Shown: positions 49,402 to 61,686 of the stretch, piece by piece | Numbering within the stretch: the first letter of the stretch is position 1 | Layout: each line of letters opens with the position of its first letter | NCBI GenBank assembly: GCA_002633005.1 | Contig: NMRA01000709.1 | Coordinates: 119,380-183,379, forward strand | Direction of reading: 5' to 3' | Length of the DNA stretch: 64,000 bases | Source of the DNA: Phoronis australis | Taxonomy: Eukaryota > Animalia > Phoronida | The notes under the pieces: generated by a model | What the model was told of the DNA's origin: nothing | The model's database searches: none | What the model saw: the letters and a program-made list of their open reading frames with translations, nothing else | Position numbers and translations under genes: made by a program

Positions 49402-51248
49402 AATATGCATCATATAGCTCACCCTCTCCCAATATGCATCATATAGCTTTCTCTCTCCCAATATGTATCACGTAGCTCACCCTCTCTCAATATGCACCAT
49501 ATAGCTCACCCTCTCTCAATATGCACCATCTAGCTCATCCTTTCCCAAATATGCATCATATAGCTCACCCTCTCTCAATATGCATCATATTGCTCACCCT
49601 CTCTCAATATGCAGCATCTAAGTCATCCTTTCCTAAATATCCATCTTTTTGCTCACCCTCTCCCAATATGCACCATATAGCTCACCTTCTCTCAATATCA
49701 GGGCTTGGAATGACCCATGACAAAAAAGAGGAAATTTTTGCGACCCTAGATACACCTTTCAATCTAAACCATACCTCAACTGATCGAAAGTAAACATTAG
49801 TATCACTAGATGCCCTGTTTCTATGTCGTGTTGGGAAAACACACTCATCTTAGCAGTACCTGACATCTATTTCAGCAACACCAATGAAGGCAATTAGATG
49901 CAACAAAAGATAATTTTAAAATTAAATTAATATAGATAATGATGAAAAATTTGCAGTGTGAGTAGCGGGAGCTTATTCTTGATTTGCTGCAAGGAGACCT
50001 GAAAATTTATTTTCAATTTTAATTACGATGCAAAATTACAAAAAAAAATTGAAAATCGATCCATAGATTATCTAGAAAGCCTGAAATACATACACATTTA
50101 ATTCCAATGAACAATTTAATTCCAACGCAAATGGAAAAAAGTCAAGACAAAAACCTGTGGCTCATACCCCAATAGTTAGCATGGAAAATTGAAAGTCAAA
50201 AATAACATGCTTTAAACTATAGAATGCATCAATCACAATCCTAAGTTGGCCAAACTTTTCAGTTTCAAACAGCAATTACAGGAGTTAATTGTTCATAAGC
50301 TACACTGGTGTAGGAGAAACTTTGTGACAAGAAATAACTACCAGGACACTGAAAATAGGCTGGCAGAATTTGTAAACAATGGCTTAGACCAATCAGATCA
50401 TTCAGAATCTGTCACGTGATCACTTCTCTCGAACTGCAAAACTCGAGTCACAAAAAAACACAAAAGTCATAATGAATTGCATATAAGGCATTTTAAAACA
50501 CATTTGCAGTAATGAAATAGCACTTTGTATCCCGTTTAGGCGGCATGTAGAAAATCACACTCAGGCGGTCGGGCATATCACTAGCAGCCAGTGGCAACGC
50601 GCGTGCATGTGGGATTAAACCTAAGAATTTCATACATCACTCACATCCCACCATTCCAATCCAACAAATAAATGGTTACGGTTGAATTTCCTTTCAGGAA
50701 GCATTAATTGTAGTGTTTCATTGTTTTCAGTCAGTCCTCCGACTCCAACTTAGTCCAACTTGGACTCCAAGGCGACTTGGCCAAGCACTCCGTAATTGTT
50801 CCTCTCTCAAAGTTTACAGAGCTTAAACTTGTTTTGTGAAGACATTGACCATTTCTTTTATCCACTTCTTCCACGAAATATTCAGTCTACTCCACACTAT
50901 TCCAGGCACATGTTTCTTATATATGGTTACGAGTCATGGGCAAATTTGAGCTCCTGTGATCCACAATTACAACTTTCGTTCCTCCGAAACATAAAGAGTA
51001 GTTTCCGCTTTTCGAGTCGTCAGCAACGCCTCGTTGAGAAACCAATTTACCGCAATACTTTTATGGCAAATCCGATTTTTCCACGGAAATATAACAAAAA
51101 TACACGGATCAACTAAAAGAAAAAGCGAAAATTCGCGGACAATTCCAAGCCTTGCAATATGCATCATATAGCTCACCCTCTCTCAATATACATCATATAG
51201 CTCACCTCCAACGATGCATCATATAGCTCACCCTCTCCCAATATGCAT
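49402..51248. repeat. 29-30-bp minisatellite (AATATGCATCATATAGCTCACCCTCTCTC), split by a transposon
   Basis: About 10 units at 49402-49698 and 3 more at 51155-51248. Confidence 0.92.
49699..51154. mobile_element. hAT-like element with 6-bp TSD, full-length copy
   Basis: CAATAT|CAGGGCTTGGAAT...ATTCCAAGCCTTG|CAATAT; shares ends with 20626-21131 and body with 1-893. Confidence 0.88.
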
Positions 51249-52687
51249 TCATGTGTTAGGTTTCAAATATCAATCTGGACCGAGTTGAATTTTAAAATTA
51301 AAACACCTAATTTGTCCGTCCAAAGCATAACCTCGTTTTAGTGCTCTATTTCAGTTAACTTGACAGAGCAAGTTTTCATAGTTCTTCAGGGGCCTCATTC
51401 ATTTGAGCAGAAGGTTCCTGTGCATGACTGGGAGAATTTCTTTGCCGGCAAGTGAGGGGAAAATCTACCTCCCGATCACCATCATCAGCACCCCCGCCCT
51501 GTTGCAAGCTCTCATAAGCTCTGTCTCAAGTACCAATTTGTGCTCTTTCAAATTGTCACCTGTGTGGTTACAGGTAATTTGAACTTCGAAGGGAAATTTT
51601 CAATCAATAGGGGAATTTTTTAGGCCTCTTTGGGGGGAATTTCACAAGATTTTTCAATATTTTTGAGAGGGGAATAGCGCTGATATTCGGCCCCAAAATC
51701 GAGAGATTGAGAGGCCTCTCCATTTGGAAAGAAAAATCTGTCATGTTTCAACCCGTAGTCAAGGAGTGTACTACTACAGGAGAGTTCGCTCTGCCATTTT
51801 ACCATTCGCCGCAATGGTTACCGGTCGAAAAACTAGTGCCCCAAGCAGTGAATAATCAACACTTAGTTAGGAGCGCAGTCCGATCAATGTAAACACTGAT
51901 AAATTCATACTTTAATGACATTCAACGTGCAATAAAACTACTGTTTGATTGCAAATGGTTAGAATACATAAACTAACATCCACTTACAATAGAATGAGAA
52001 AGAAAATGTGTATTTTAATCAATATTGAAGTGTATTTGTTTTTATTCTCTTGAAGCTCCCTTCAAAATCCATCATGGTTTTGTTTCATGTTTGAGTTCTT
52101 AACACGGCAATTATCGTTCCATAACAGTTCATACCTCCATGGACTACTTAATTTGAATGATTGCTCCTGGGGGTTCAGATGGGAATTCCTCCCTGGTGCC
52201 AGCTAAGGGGGTACCAGGCAAAAACCAGGTGGGTGCCAAATGGGTGTTGACACCCTCCCAGGTGGGTTACATGGTAGGAGTGCTAAACAGGTAAAAACCA
52301 ATGGGTATGTATGCCACATGGGTGTTGAGCCTCTCCCATCGTCACACATTTTGGTTGCTCCCCTGACCATGGACAAACATGTTGCTCCCAGTTCACTGCT
52401 GGTTTCATCTCCTCCCAACAATTTCGCATGTGTTCCCTATTCAATGCACCAGGCTACTAGCAATGCAGACAATTGATTTGTACAGTGGGTGTTACACAAG
52501 TGAGAAAAAGAAAGCTAGGCAATTCATCACTATCACAAAATCGTAATACAATTTTAGAACATTCCATTGTTTCTTAGACATGCCAGTATAGGGCTCAATC
52601 CCACTCTCCCACTCACCAACAGTTACAAGTCAATTGCTAATCTGTAGAATAGCTCACAACTTACAAAATGAAGTAACATTGCGTATA

Positions 52688-54107
52688 CCGTATTCGCCGT
52701 AATAACCGCCCATGCCCATATAAGCGCCCCCCACACGTTCTCAGACTTTGCTGAAATAAGCGCCCAGTCTATGAATGTGTACATGCGAACAATGACGTAC
52801 CTTCAGTCCTAAAACTCGGCAACAGTAACGTCTTCAATTTATCAAAAAAGTTTTGCACGGTTCTTCTAGACTACCAACGGCACTGCTACGTTTGTATTTA
52901 GCCATGACTATACACTTCAAAGTAACACAGCGCTTCAAAAAGGAACGCAATAGCGTTGCTACTTTCGCGACAACTGTGTTCCACTATGGTCTGACCTTTC
53001 AGTAGACACATCGACTGTCTCATGAATAAAAATAACTCGGTGTTGAACGCACGTGGCCAGAAAGCGCGCGCTACATATATGAACCTAGCTGTCATCAAAG
53101 ACATTAGTCGGGAACTATCCATTCATGAAACGGGTAGCATAGCATCTGTAAGAAATGAATATTGGCCCTAATTTCGAACAATGTTTAATACTATAAAACA
53201 TGTTTGCGTTATTTTTTAGATGGATTGTTTAATTAACCATAATTGGTGTTTTTAAGCCGAATATCCAATAAAATGACAACTGACAGTGAATGCTTACACC
53301 GAAAAATAACTGTCAGATAGTTACGTACGCATCTAGCTACACGGCGACTAATATGGGCCTTACCGAAACAAATGTCGAACGTTTTTAGCACGAGACCGGC
53401 AAGTGCTGAATGAAACACGCTCTGGTTTAGGCCTACTGCTTGTGCAAATTCCTTTAGACGCAATGCACATCTAGCTCATTAGATTGCGTGGCTCTGGCCA
53501 AAAGACGGCCTCTGCTTTGGCAAATGAACTCTGGTTACACGCACGCGCTCGCTTACTCGCAGACGAACTTCAAAACAAATGTCACGTCACAACAACATGT
53601 GTGTTCGTTCAGACATTTTTCTCGCCGTGTTGCCGATCATACATGTACATGTAGATGGCACGATGTTGCGCAGATTTGTACTTAAAACTGCCGTAAATCC
53701 AGACTCCACGGGAACTTAAAAAAAGTTTTAGGGACGCTACTTAGAAAACTTAATGAGGAGTTAGGTAATTTGCTTGAGTCGAAACTATTTTTATTCAAAC
53801 ATTGAAGTCGCTATATCGAATATGGGGATTTTGAGGCAGTCAGTCGGCGAGTTTTTGCCCTAGGATTTCAGCACAATTTTCTGTAAAATGATCGTAATTT
53901 AGCTGCAAAGTTTGATAGCAATGCACCACAGTTTTGTTGGAAGTCTTTCATAGATTACAGATACGTCACAGAACGTAAATTTGATGAATATTAGCTTCCG
54001 ATTTCACCCGTTTCGGAAATCTGGTTTCAACCGCCTTGGGTTATAACAAGCGCCCTCCTGAACCGAACTTTTCTAAGCGCCCTGGGCGGTTATTACGACG
54101 AATACGG
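52688..54107. mobile_element. Tc1/mariner-like MITE, copy 3 (uninterrupted)
   Basis: TA|CCGTATTCGCCGTAATAACCGCCC...GGGCGGTTATTACGACGAATACGG|CA. Confidence 0.85.
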
Positions 54108-54819
54108 CATCATCACTCATAACTAGTCAAAGTTCAAAATATGACAAAAAATAAGAGGTACTGAACTGCAATCAAAATATTCACTACCCACATGGCTTCA
54201 TACAAAATTGAATTAAAAAGACTTGGTTGATAAAACCAAAATTTTATGTTATATACCCACTGTTCCCATTATCAATAACAGTAAAAATTTCAGGTCAGTT
54301 AAAGCCAGACCACAAGATCGTATCTGATACCTAGCCACAACTGGAGCTTAAATTAATCACAATTTCCAAAGATGTACAAAATAGGCAACACATATACCAA
54401 CCAATACAACAAAAAAATCTGACCAACCTTGTCACTCTATTAGTTCACTAGTAAACAACATCACTCGCTAAAGAAGTGCGTTGTAAATAAAGCTGAAATC
54501 TAATTTACTCACAGAGGTGTTTGTCATCGAGAAGCAAAATGATACGGATAGCTTGGGTTTAACAAAATTTCAGCCCACCACGCAGACTCTGAATGATACA
54601 TCAGTTTCACTTTGACTCTCTCCAAATCACAGGCTAACCATTCATAAAATGTTTCATTCTGATCAAATAAAAATAAATAATAAAATACGAAAACCAGATT
54701 TTGACTAATTGTCCTTTCTACACGTGATGTTCCAGTACTTGCTTTGTGAGACGATAATCTGAAATGCAAAAAGCCTAATCCAGAGCTGTAATATAATTTC
54801 CGGAGAACTTTTTGACCCT

Positions 54820-54995
54820 GACATCTTCATTTTTGGTGGATTCGGGACATCAAATATTGTTCAGGCACTGCAGTCAATACCAGCTTGTTCTTCATTCATG
54901 AACATGGACTCCTCGAAGTGATGAGAGCATAACTTGCAGTTCTTGGACAAATAGGCTGCATCTCTAATCATAAAGTCAGCTCCCAGCGCTTGCAC
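54820..54995 (-). pseudogene. THAP zinc-finger remnant (transposase-associated, THAP12/PRKRIR-like), antisense to host gene
   Basis: After a TTCAG acceptor: CKRW / ADFMIRDAAYLSKNCKLCSHHFEESMFMN / KLVLTAVP / TIFDVPNPP with frameshifts; LCSxHF and AVPTIF are THAP hallmarks. Confidence 0.75.
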
Positions 54996-56906
54996 CTGAA
55001 CAGAAATCAGTCACTGAGAAACTCAGGAACAAACCTCATACTCACTAGGTTCACAGAAGACTAACATTGTCCCATTTTTATGTGAAATATAGGCAGGTTG
55101 CAAAGGACATCCTGCCTATTTTGAAAGCAAATAAGGTTGTTGTGTCAATCTCCACTGATTAAACATTGCGCATGATTACAAAGTTGAAAACTTGCCAAGA
55201 TACGAAACATTGTTTTTCGAGTTTATGTTTGCCAGGTAGGCCTATCTATTTTACCCCCCAAAAAACGGCTCGCATAGGTTGGAATTTCCCAGTGGCAGGT
55301 ACAAGACTTCTATAATCTCAGCTGGCATTTCCAAATTTCAGGTCGCCTATGCAACCTGCAGTTCATTATGCCGAGCGCGGAGTCTCGGTTTCAAAACACT
55401 GATTCGGAAAGGACGCGTTGCTGGTTGAAGCTCTTCACTAATTTAGTCGTATAGCCGCGCAAAGCACAGATGCCGGTTACCCGAAGAATTGGGGCTACAT
55501 CTACGAAATGTTTTTTACCGACGCAGATACGTGTACGAACTGGTAATTTTTTCCGCGGACTCTACGAGACTCATCCCCAGTTATTGTGTTAGTAATTTTA
55601 AAATAAAATCCTAAGCAAATGCTTGATTTTGAGTAATGCCTTTGCAGTAACTTTTGATTGACGACAAGCTCATGTCCGCTTACCCCCGATTCTCATCTTC
55701 TTTGCTTGGCATGTTTCCCGCAATTGGAAGTGGGCAATGCCGGGCGGTCGAGATTTAACAGCTAGCCGCACAACCATATGTTTAAAATGGGACACGGAGT
55801 CTAATCTAATCTAATCTCCAACATAAACATTAAAAGCACAAAAAACACCTGAATTTGTTTTTCAAACTTTTATTACATCATTGATTTTAAAACTGGTCTT
55901 TGACTCGGAACTCGACAGCTAGCACCATAAATTTGATGTCTGCTGTCATCTGTGCAACACGTGAAGCTCGCACGCGCGCACTTCTAAAGTGTCATCTTGT
56001 GAGAATAGTTGCAATCCAAGTTATTATTACTGGTTGTCTGCGCACTACAGCTCTGATAAGATCGCAGGAAGGCACAGAGCTATTACTCACCAATTTTGTA
56101 AATTTGATTGTGATTGACTAATCTGTGGGCAACCGAACATTTCTTGGGATCGCCCGCTGTTATGACACTTTTAGCGACATTTGGCGACTTGACGATATAG
56201 CTCTTTGAGAAGTTCTACGCATTCCCAGTACATGTGTCGTGTTGTACTCTGATCATGAGGTAAGATTAACCGCCCAGGGTGGATGTCTGTTGTAATAAGC
56301 GCCCATGTTCAGTTAACCGCCCACCCTGGATTTCTTGAAATTTTACGTTTAAGCACCCATGTCTGGTTAACCGACCACCCCCGATTTTTTGGGTTTGTCA
56401 ATTTAACTACCCAGGGCGTTAACCCGAACGTTTGCTGTACTTAGCCAATTACAGTCCCTCTAGTATGTCGACCGTTTTCATTTCATTGCGTCATATATTC
56501 CCTACAGTTACAGACAATGGTTCCGATAGTTCTTCCTACAGATCTCTGCTGATGGACGTCACACACGTCTGCTAAAATTTAAGGCATGAACAGTTGCCAG
56601 TTTACTAAAGTCTCATTATGTGTACAGAAATGTTGTTGAAGAATAACAGTGACTACCTGAAGAGGGCAAAACATTACACTCACAATAAAATATGGAAACA
56701 CCAAACAAAAATCAAAGCAACACTAAACTGTTGCAATAACGCCTTAAACGCAAAAGTACTGACCGACTTGCATGAACGGAATCATTATGTTAGTTAGTTG
56801 AACATGTTAGTAGAACAAAACTGTCTCTATGAAATTTTAACAGATTAGAAGATGCACCATAGATTTCCGTATATAAGTTCAGCAGAATGTATGCCCAGTT
56901 TGCGTA

Positions 56907-57805
56907 TGTCAGACGATTGACTGTCGGTTTGTTTAAAAGGTAGCTATGCATTGAGATTGTGCGTAGATGGAGAGTGAATAATCAAATCCAGTAATTAATT
57001 TTTTACATGATCACCCCTAATTCGACAAATGAAACCTATTAATAATTAAGTAATCAACTATAACAAGTAACTACGCTAACGCCCTCTTTAAAGATTACTT
57101 TAATCAAACAACCTAAACAATCAAATGTCTTATCTGCTATCCAAGCTAGGACTCTCCACTTGTTGGATGTCTGTCCTGTTGGTGAATCTTCAAACTACAC
57201 ACACACTGTATAGCGACAGTGCACTTGCTGATCATCGTCTCTGGTTATGCAACACTGGCAGGCAATTTCTTCTACCCGCGATTCTTCTTGCTGGTCACAG
57301 TCTCTGGCTGATGACGCAACACTTCAGGTAGTACCTTACTACCCACAATGCAAGTGACAAGCTCTAAGTTAACTTCCTGTTCGTTAACCCTTGCGCTTGC
57401 CAAGATCCTTTCTAGAATCTTCCTCAAGATGGCTCTGTCGTACAATTGCTTCTGTACACTGTAGCAAGTCTTTATGCTTCAACTACTTTAGCGCATCTAA
57501 TTATCTTGTTGATTTCAGCCCATAATATAACATTCTACTTATTTAGTGATTGGCTAATAAAAACCACATGATCATATCCACTCGTATTATTGGCTGTTAC
57601 AATTTGTTCTCAGAATATTCTAGAATCTCTAGTGTACTGTGACCCCAGAACCCAAAGTTGTAAACACCATCTCAAAGTAGATTTTGACGTTAAAATACAT
57701 GTCAACAAGTCTGACCCCATGATTTAAAAGTACATATGCACAAATTTTGGGCAACTTAAAATGGATCTATTCTTACTAATTACTTAATCAATATTTATTC
57801 TGACA
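56907..57805 (-). mobile_element. Solo LTR (899 bp)
   Basis: GCGTA|TGTCAGA...TCTGACA|GCGTA: 5-bp TSD and 7-bp terminal inverted repeat; no PBS or gag adjacent. Orientation inferred from HSEs near one end and ATTAAA on the minus strand at ~57100. Confidence 0.85.
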
Positions 57806-59196
57806 GCGTATCTTAGATTTTATCCCAAAAATATACCTGGGATGCATGTCTGAGAATAAAAATGCAGACTTGAAATCTAAAAATGATCCTGTTCTCATTA
57901 GGAAGGGCGAGCTACAGTATTTATACGTGTGTTCGTGTGTTCGTCATTGCTGAGTTTAGGCCCTGGTGTATTGTTACATCCGATGTTTTGTTTCCCAAAC
58001 TTATATATGGAAATCGCTGGTAGTACTTCCCAAAATTATTTACCCTTGCTGTAGGTAACGCATCACCTTGGGTGAAAAAGAACAATAATAATTAGCAACG
58101 TAACAGTCATCTCTTTCGAATCAGACAAACACAAAATTATATACACTTACAGCTGAAATACTCCTAAAACTTTCTTTAGTTAGTAACACAAAAAGCATGG
58201 TCTGTAGTTTAAGATCAATTTTCTTTTTTGTCTCAAAACTATCAACTGAATTATTTAGCAAGCCATAACGGCTGCACGAAGCTTTCAATCATTCGCCGGG
58301 GTGCAGGTAAGTGACAGCCAAACTTATTGTTCGACGATGGGGGCTGTAGACGGATAAGCATAAAATCTCCCGTGCATGATGCAGCCTCGGCGGGGCTCAC
58401 GCGGTGTGCGACTTAGTTATGTTCAGTTTGCTTTGTAACCAGCTCTACTTTGGCTCCATCTCATTCGGCTGCTGCTATTCATTATCTACACTTTTTTGAA
58501 CTCGCGATCCAATGGACAGACTTGGTTGTATTGTGCATGGGGGCCTATCCAAAATATTTCTCATCGCGTCGTAGGGAGTTTTTAGCCTCTGACAAGGGCA
58601 TTTGCAAAGGACAGGACATTTTAAAAATAAAAAGTTTCGTAAACACGCAAGTTGATGTCAGGCATGTACATTGTCATAGCCGGAAGTCGAACAACACAGT
58701 CTAATTAAACCAGAGCCCATGTCAGTCACGCTACAATGAAAAATTGCAACCTTCCGTGTACTTCTCATTTGTATTTTCATCAGAAATTTTCGTTATGCGG
58801 GACTCGGTGATTCTTTTCATAGATAAAGCGCCAAACACAAGATAAATGCAGGACAAACTCTGGATACAATCGAGTTACGGTTGTGACATCGTCAAGACGT
58901 AAAAATTACAGAACCCGTTATACCCATTCTCGGATTCAAGCCTTATTGAATGCTTTAGTGACACGAGAGTTGCATTTCTAAAATTTTCCTTGTCCGAAAT
59001 TCACGGTACAGAAATCCAATGTTGATGACAATGTTCGAAATTCGAGGATCATTGAAAAACAGTTTTTGGACCTTGTACGAATTTCGTGGACTATTAAAAA
59101 CTAATTTTGCAAATGTTTATTCTTGTCCCAAAATGGCAGGCTGTCCAAAAATGGCTCGACTTTACCGTAAGATACTCATTTTAAAAAAAATCGCCT

Positions 59197-60190
59197 TGTG
59201 CGTAAATGTCCGGCAGCCCGCCGTTGACTACCAATACATTGAGGTCGCTGGTAGTATGGCCTGGGAGGTTGAAATGTTCCCCAATGGGGACCACCCCGTT
59301 GTTGTGAAGGATCGTCTGCCTTTGGCCGTTCATTCTCGTGCGTAACGAGTTACATGTCTCCCCAAAATACCTCGCGTGGGGACATATACCACACCTAATA
59401 AGATACACAATGCCCGCACTTGAGCACTAGAATTAGTCCATGATCTCATATGAGGCACCATCGGGACTTACTGACTCCCCTGATATGTGAGTGCATGTCT
59501 GGCACCTGGGTTTGTCACATCTCACAGAGCCAACCTCTTGGTGATTTATGTTAATGAACCTGCTTCTTAAACTAGCATATTCCTAAGATTGGGAGGCTGT
59601 CTATAGGCTAGACGGGGCCTCACTGGGAAAACCCTAGTTAATTAAGTACTCGTCAAACAGTGGACTGAGTTCATCAAAAATCCTAGTCTGAGTTCTATTC
59701 ACACCAGGATGAAAAGTAGTGACAAAAGGTGGGATGCCGGACATTTACGCACATAGAAAATGCGAGGTCGAATGCATCGCCAAATTTAACACTCATGCCA
59801 GAGGCCTAAACATAGACATAGGGGTTCTGTCTCACTACAAGTCTGTAGTTAATAGATTTCAGTAGCTACGTATGTCTATGTTTGGGTCTCTCTCTCACTC
59901 TCTCGTCATATGTAGGCTTACCCCACTGGTAGTTAGTTGCTATGTCCGGTATTGTTCATATTGTTCACGTCTGTTGTATGTCACTATGTGGTCTCCTGTG
60001 CCGTTTTATTCTAGATCCATCTTCATTTACTCAGCAGTCTGTAGCACTTCCTTGACAAAGAGCGCATCGCTCGGAACGTGGGGATATTTTAATATATTTT
60101 AGTTCCGACGCTCGTTTTAAATTAGTTTTATTAGTTTTACTATTTTGTATTTTTATCCGTCAGTAACTGAACGGCATTTTAACATCTATT
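59197..60190. mobile_element. 5'-truncated Penelope-like retroelement with internal inversion
   Basis: Minus 59738-59197: PFVTTFHPG, AYRQPPNL, CDKPRCQTC, VYLIRC...YFGET...LRTRMN...IGEHFN (GIY-YIG); plus from 59737: PDIYAHRKCEVECIAKFNTHARGLNID, then 3' UTR. Confidence 0.88.
60048..60084 (+). ncRNA. Degenerate minimal type I hammerhead ribozyme in the Penelope 3' region
   Basis: TCC-TTGACAA-A-GAGCG-CAT-CGCTC-GGAA-CGTG-GGGA: stem I, U3/A8 core variant, stem II, GAAA mutated to GGAA, palindromic ACGT. Confidence 0.5.
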
Positions 60191-60302
60191 TGATTTCAAT
60201 GTGGCAGTTATTTAGTTTTAATGTGGTAGTTGTTGCTAAGCCTTCTGGAGTAAAGACATTGTAAATCTCCGGTTAATTGTTTGTCTTTTATCATTTCACA
60301 AG

Positions 60303-60534
60303 ATCTTGGCCGTTTTGATCGGGATCGACTGGACAGAGATCGCTTCGAGCGGGATAGATATGAGAGAGATCGTGGCCGTCTTGACTGGGACAGACGAGAA
60401 CGGGATCGCCTGGACCGGGATCGAGCAGATCCGGATCGGCGGGGCCGCGACAGAGATAGAGACCGATATGAGTTTGATAGGGACCGTGATCATGACAGAG
60501 GAGTGGGTCGGGGGCGTGAACCTGAAAAGGACAG
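60303..60534 (+). CDS. YLPM1: YLPM1-like exon E (RD/RE-repeat mixed-charge region)
   Basis: Pyrimidine tract then AAG acceptor, AG|GTTAGT donor; phase 1 in, phase 2 out; LGRFDRDRLDRDRFERDRYERDR... Confidence 0.88.
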
Positions 60535-60749
60535 GTTAGTGTTATTCTGAGCAATGTGAACTGGATATTTGTTTATTCTCAAAATTTGTTGATGGATGTA
60601 AAGAACTTATTAGACACTGCCAAGCTTTTGCTTCACACAAGCATGTAACTTTCAAATTTTATAGCCTTTGCATTTTTTATTGCTGAAAAAGTAGCTCCAT
60701 TGTTTTGATGCACGCATGTGTACATTATGGTTATTCACGAAACATGATA

Positions 60750-61400
60750 GAAGTTCGCATGAAGGAGGGGACATCACCCACCAGTTTATGGGGTGCTCCA
60801 ATGAAATAGGCTGCTCCTTGTAGGAAGTATTATGATTCCGTTCTTGGCGTCTGCCTCTTTATCTACAAAACCGTTTGAAGGATCACTGTGTAATCTTATG
60901 GATATATTCCTTGTGAAGGCGGGCATGAATGATGCTGATTTTTCTGCCTACTTCTATGCCTCCTAGTGGCAATATTTTGTCCATGTGCCTTGAAATATCT
61001 ACCTTAATTCAAAGTTGTGAAATATCTTAAAATTTGGGGTGTTCCTGTAGATGTGCCCCCATCAATGGCAATTTTACATGTTTGCATTTGCCTCATTCTT
61101 TTAATACGTTTTCCGCCTGTGCATCTTCATGAAATCTGAAATATATGGTCTGTTTTGGAGAAGACAGCTTGCACCTGTCTGCCTATTGTTGAACAGCTCC
61201 GGAGTCTTGAGTGCCTGTGGCGATTTAGGGTTTTGCAAGTTTGAAGGATGATTGGTGAATGGGTTTCTATTGAAGGAAATTTGGTTGGTGGTGAATTTCG
61301 ACAAATGCAGGTACTGCTGTGCCCCCTAGTGGCAGTTTTGCACCTGCTTGAAATGTACCAATTTGTTGACTTGTCTTCAATTTGGTGGCGGCTCACAGTG
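60750..61400. repeat. Degraded satellite-bearing repeat with CTCF-like motifs
   Basis: TGCCTCCTAGTGGC (~60957) and GTGCCCCCTAGTGGC (~61319) with AAACCGTTTG.AGGATC context similar to the HINE core. Confidence 0.45.
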
Positions 61401-61686
61401 GGAATATTCACACTTTCTGGTACATGAGTCATGTACCAGAAAGTGTGAATGTTACCTGTAAGATTGGAATATAAAGTTGCTGTCAAAAATCCAGATTGTG
61501 TACTTTTTTTGGTAACTGTGGGATAGTATTGGCAGGTGTATGATTTTTTGACCAACACAAAATGTTGTCAGTTGTTGATTTTTCTGTAAAACGTATTCAT
61601 GGAACTCGTTGTTGTGTGTCATACGTTAGTCCTGAGAATCTACACTAACCTTTCTTCAGTATAGACGAAGCTTTCTCCATACCACA

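Noticed and set aside
49402-49698. 29-30-bp repeats as CRISPR direct repeats
   Set aside because: Units are head-to-tail with no unique spacers; ordinary minisatellite.
60291-60554. Overlapping alternative-frame and antisense ORFs over exon E
   Set aside because: By-products of low-complexity RD-repeat codons.
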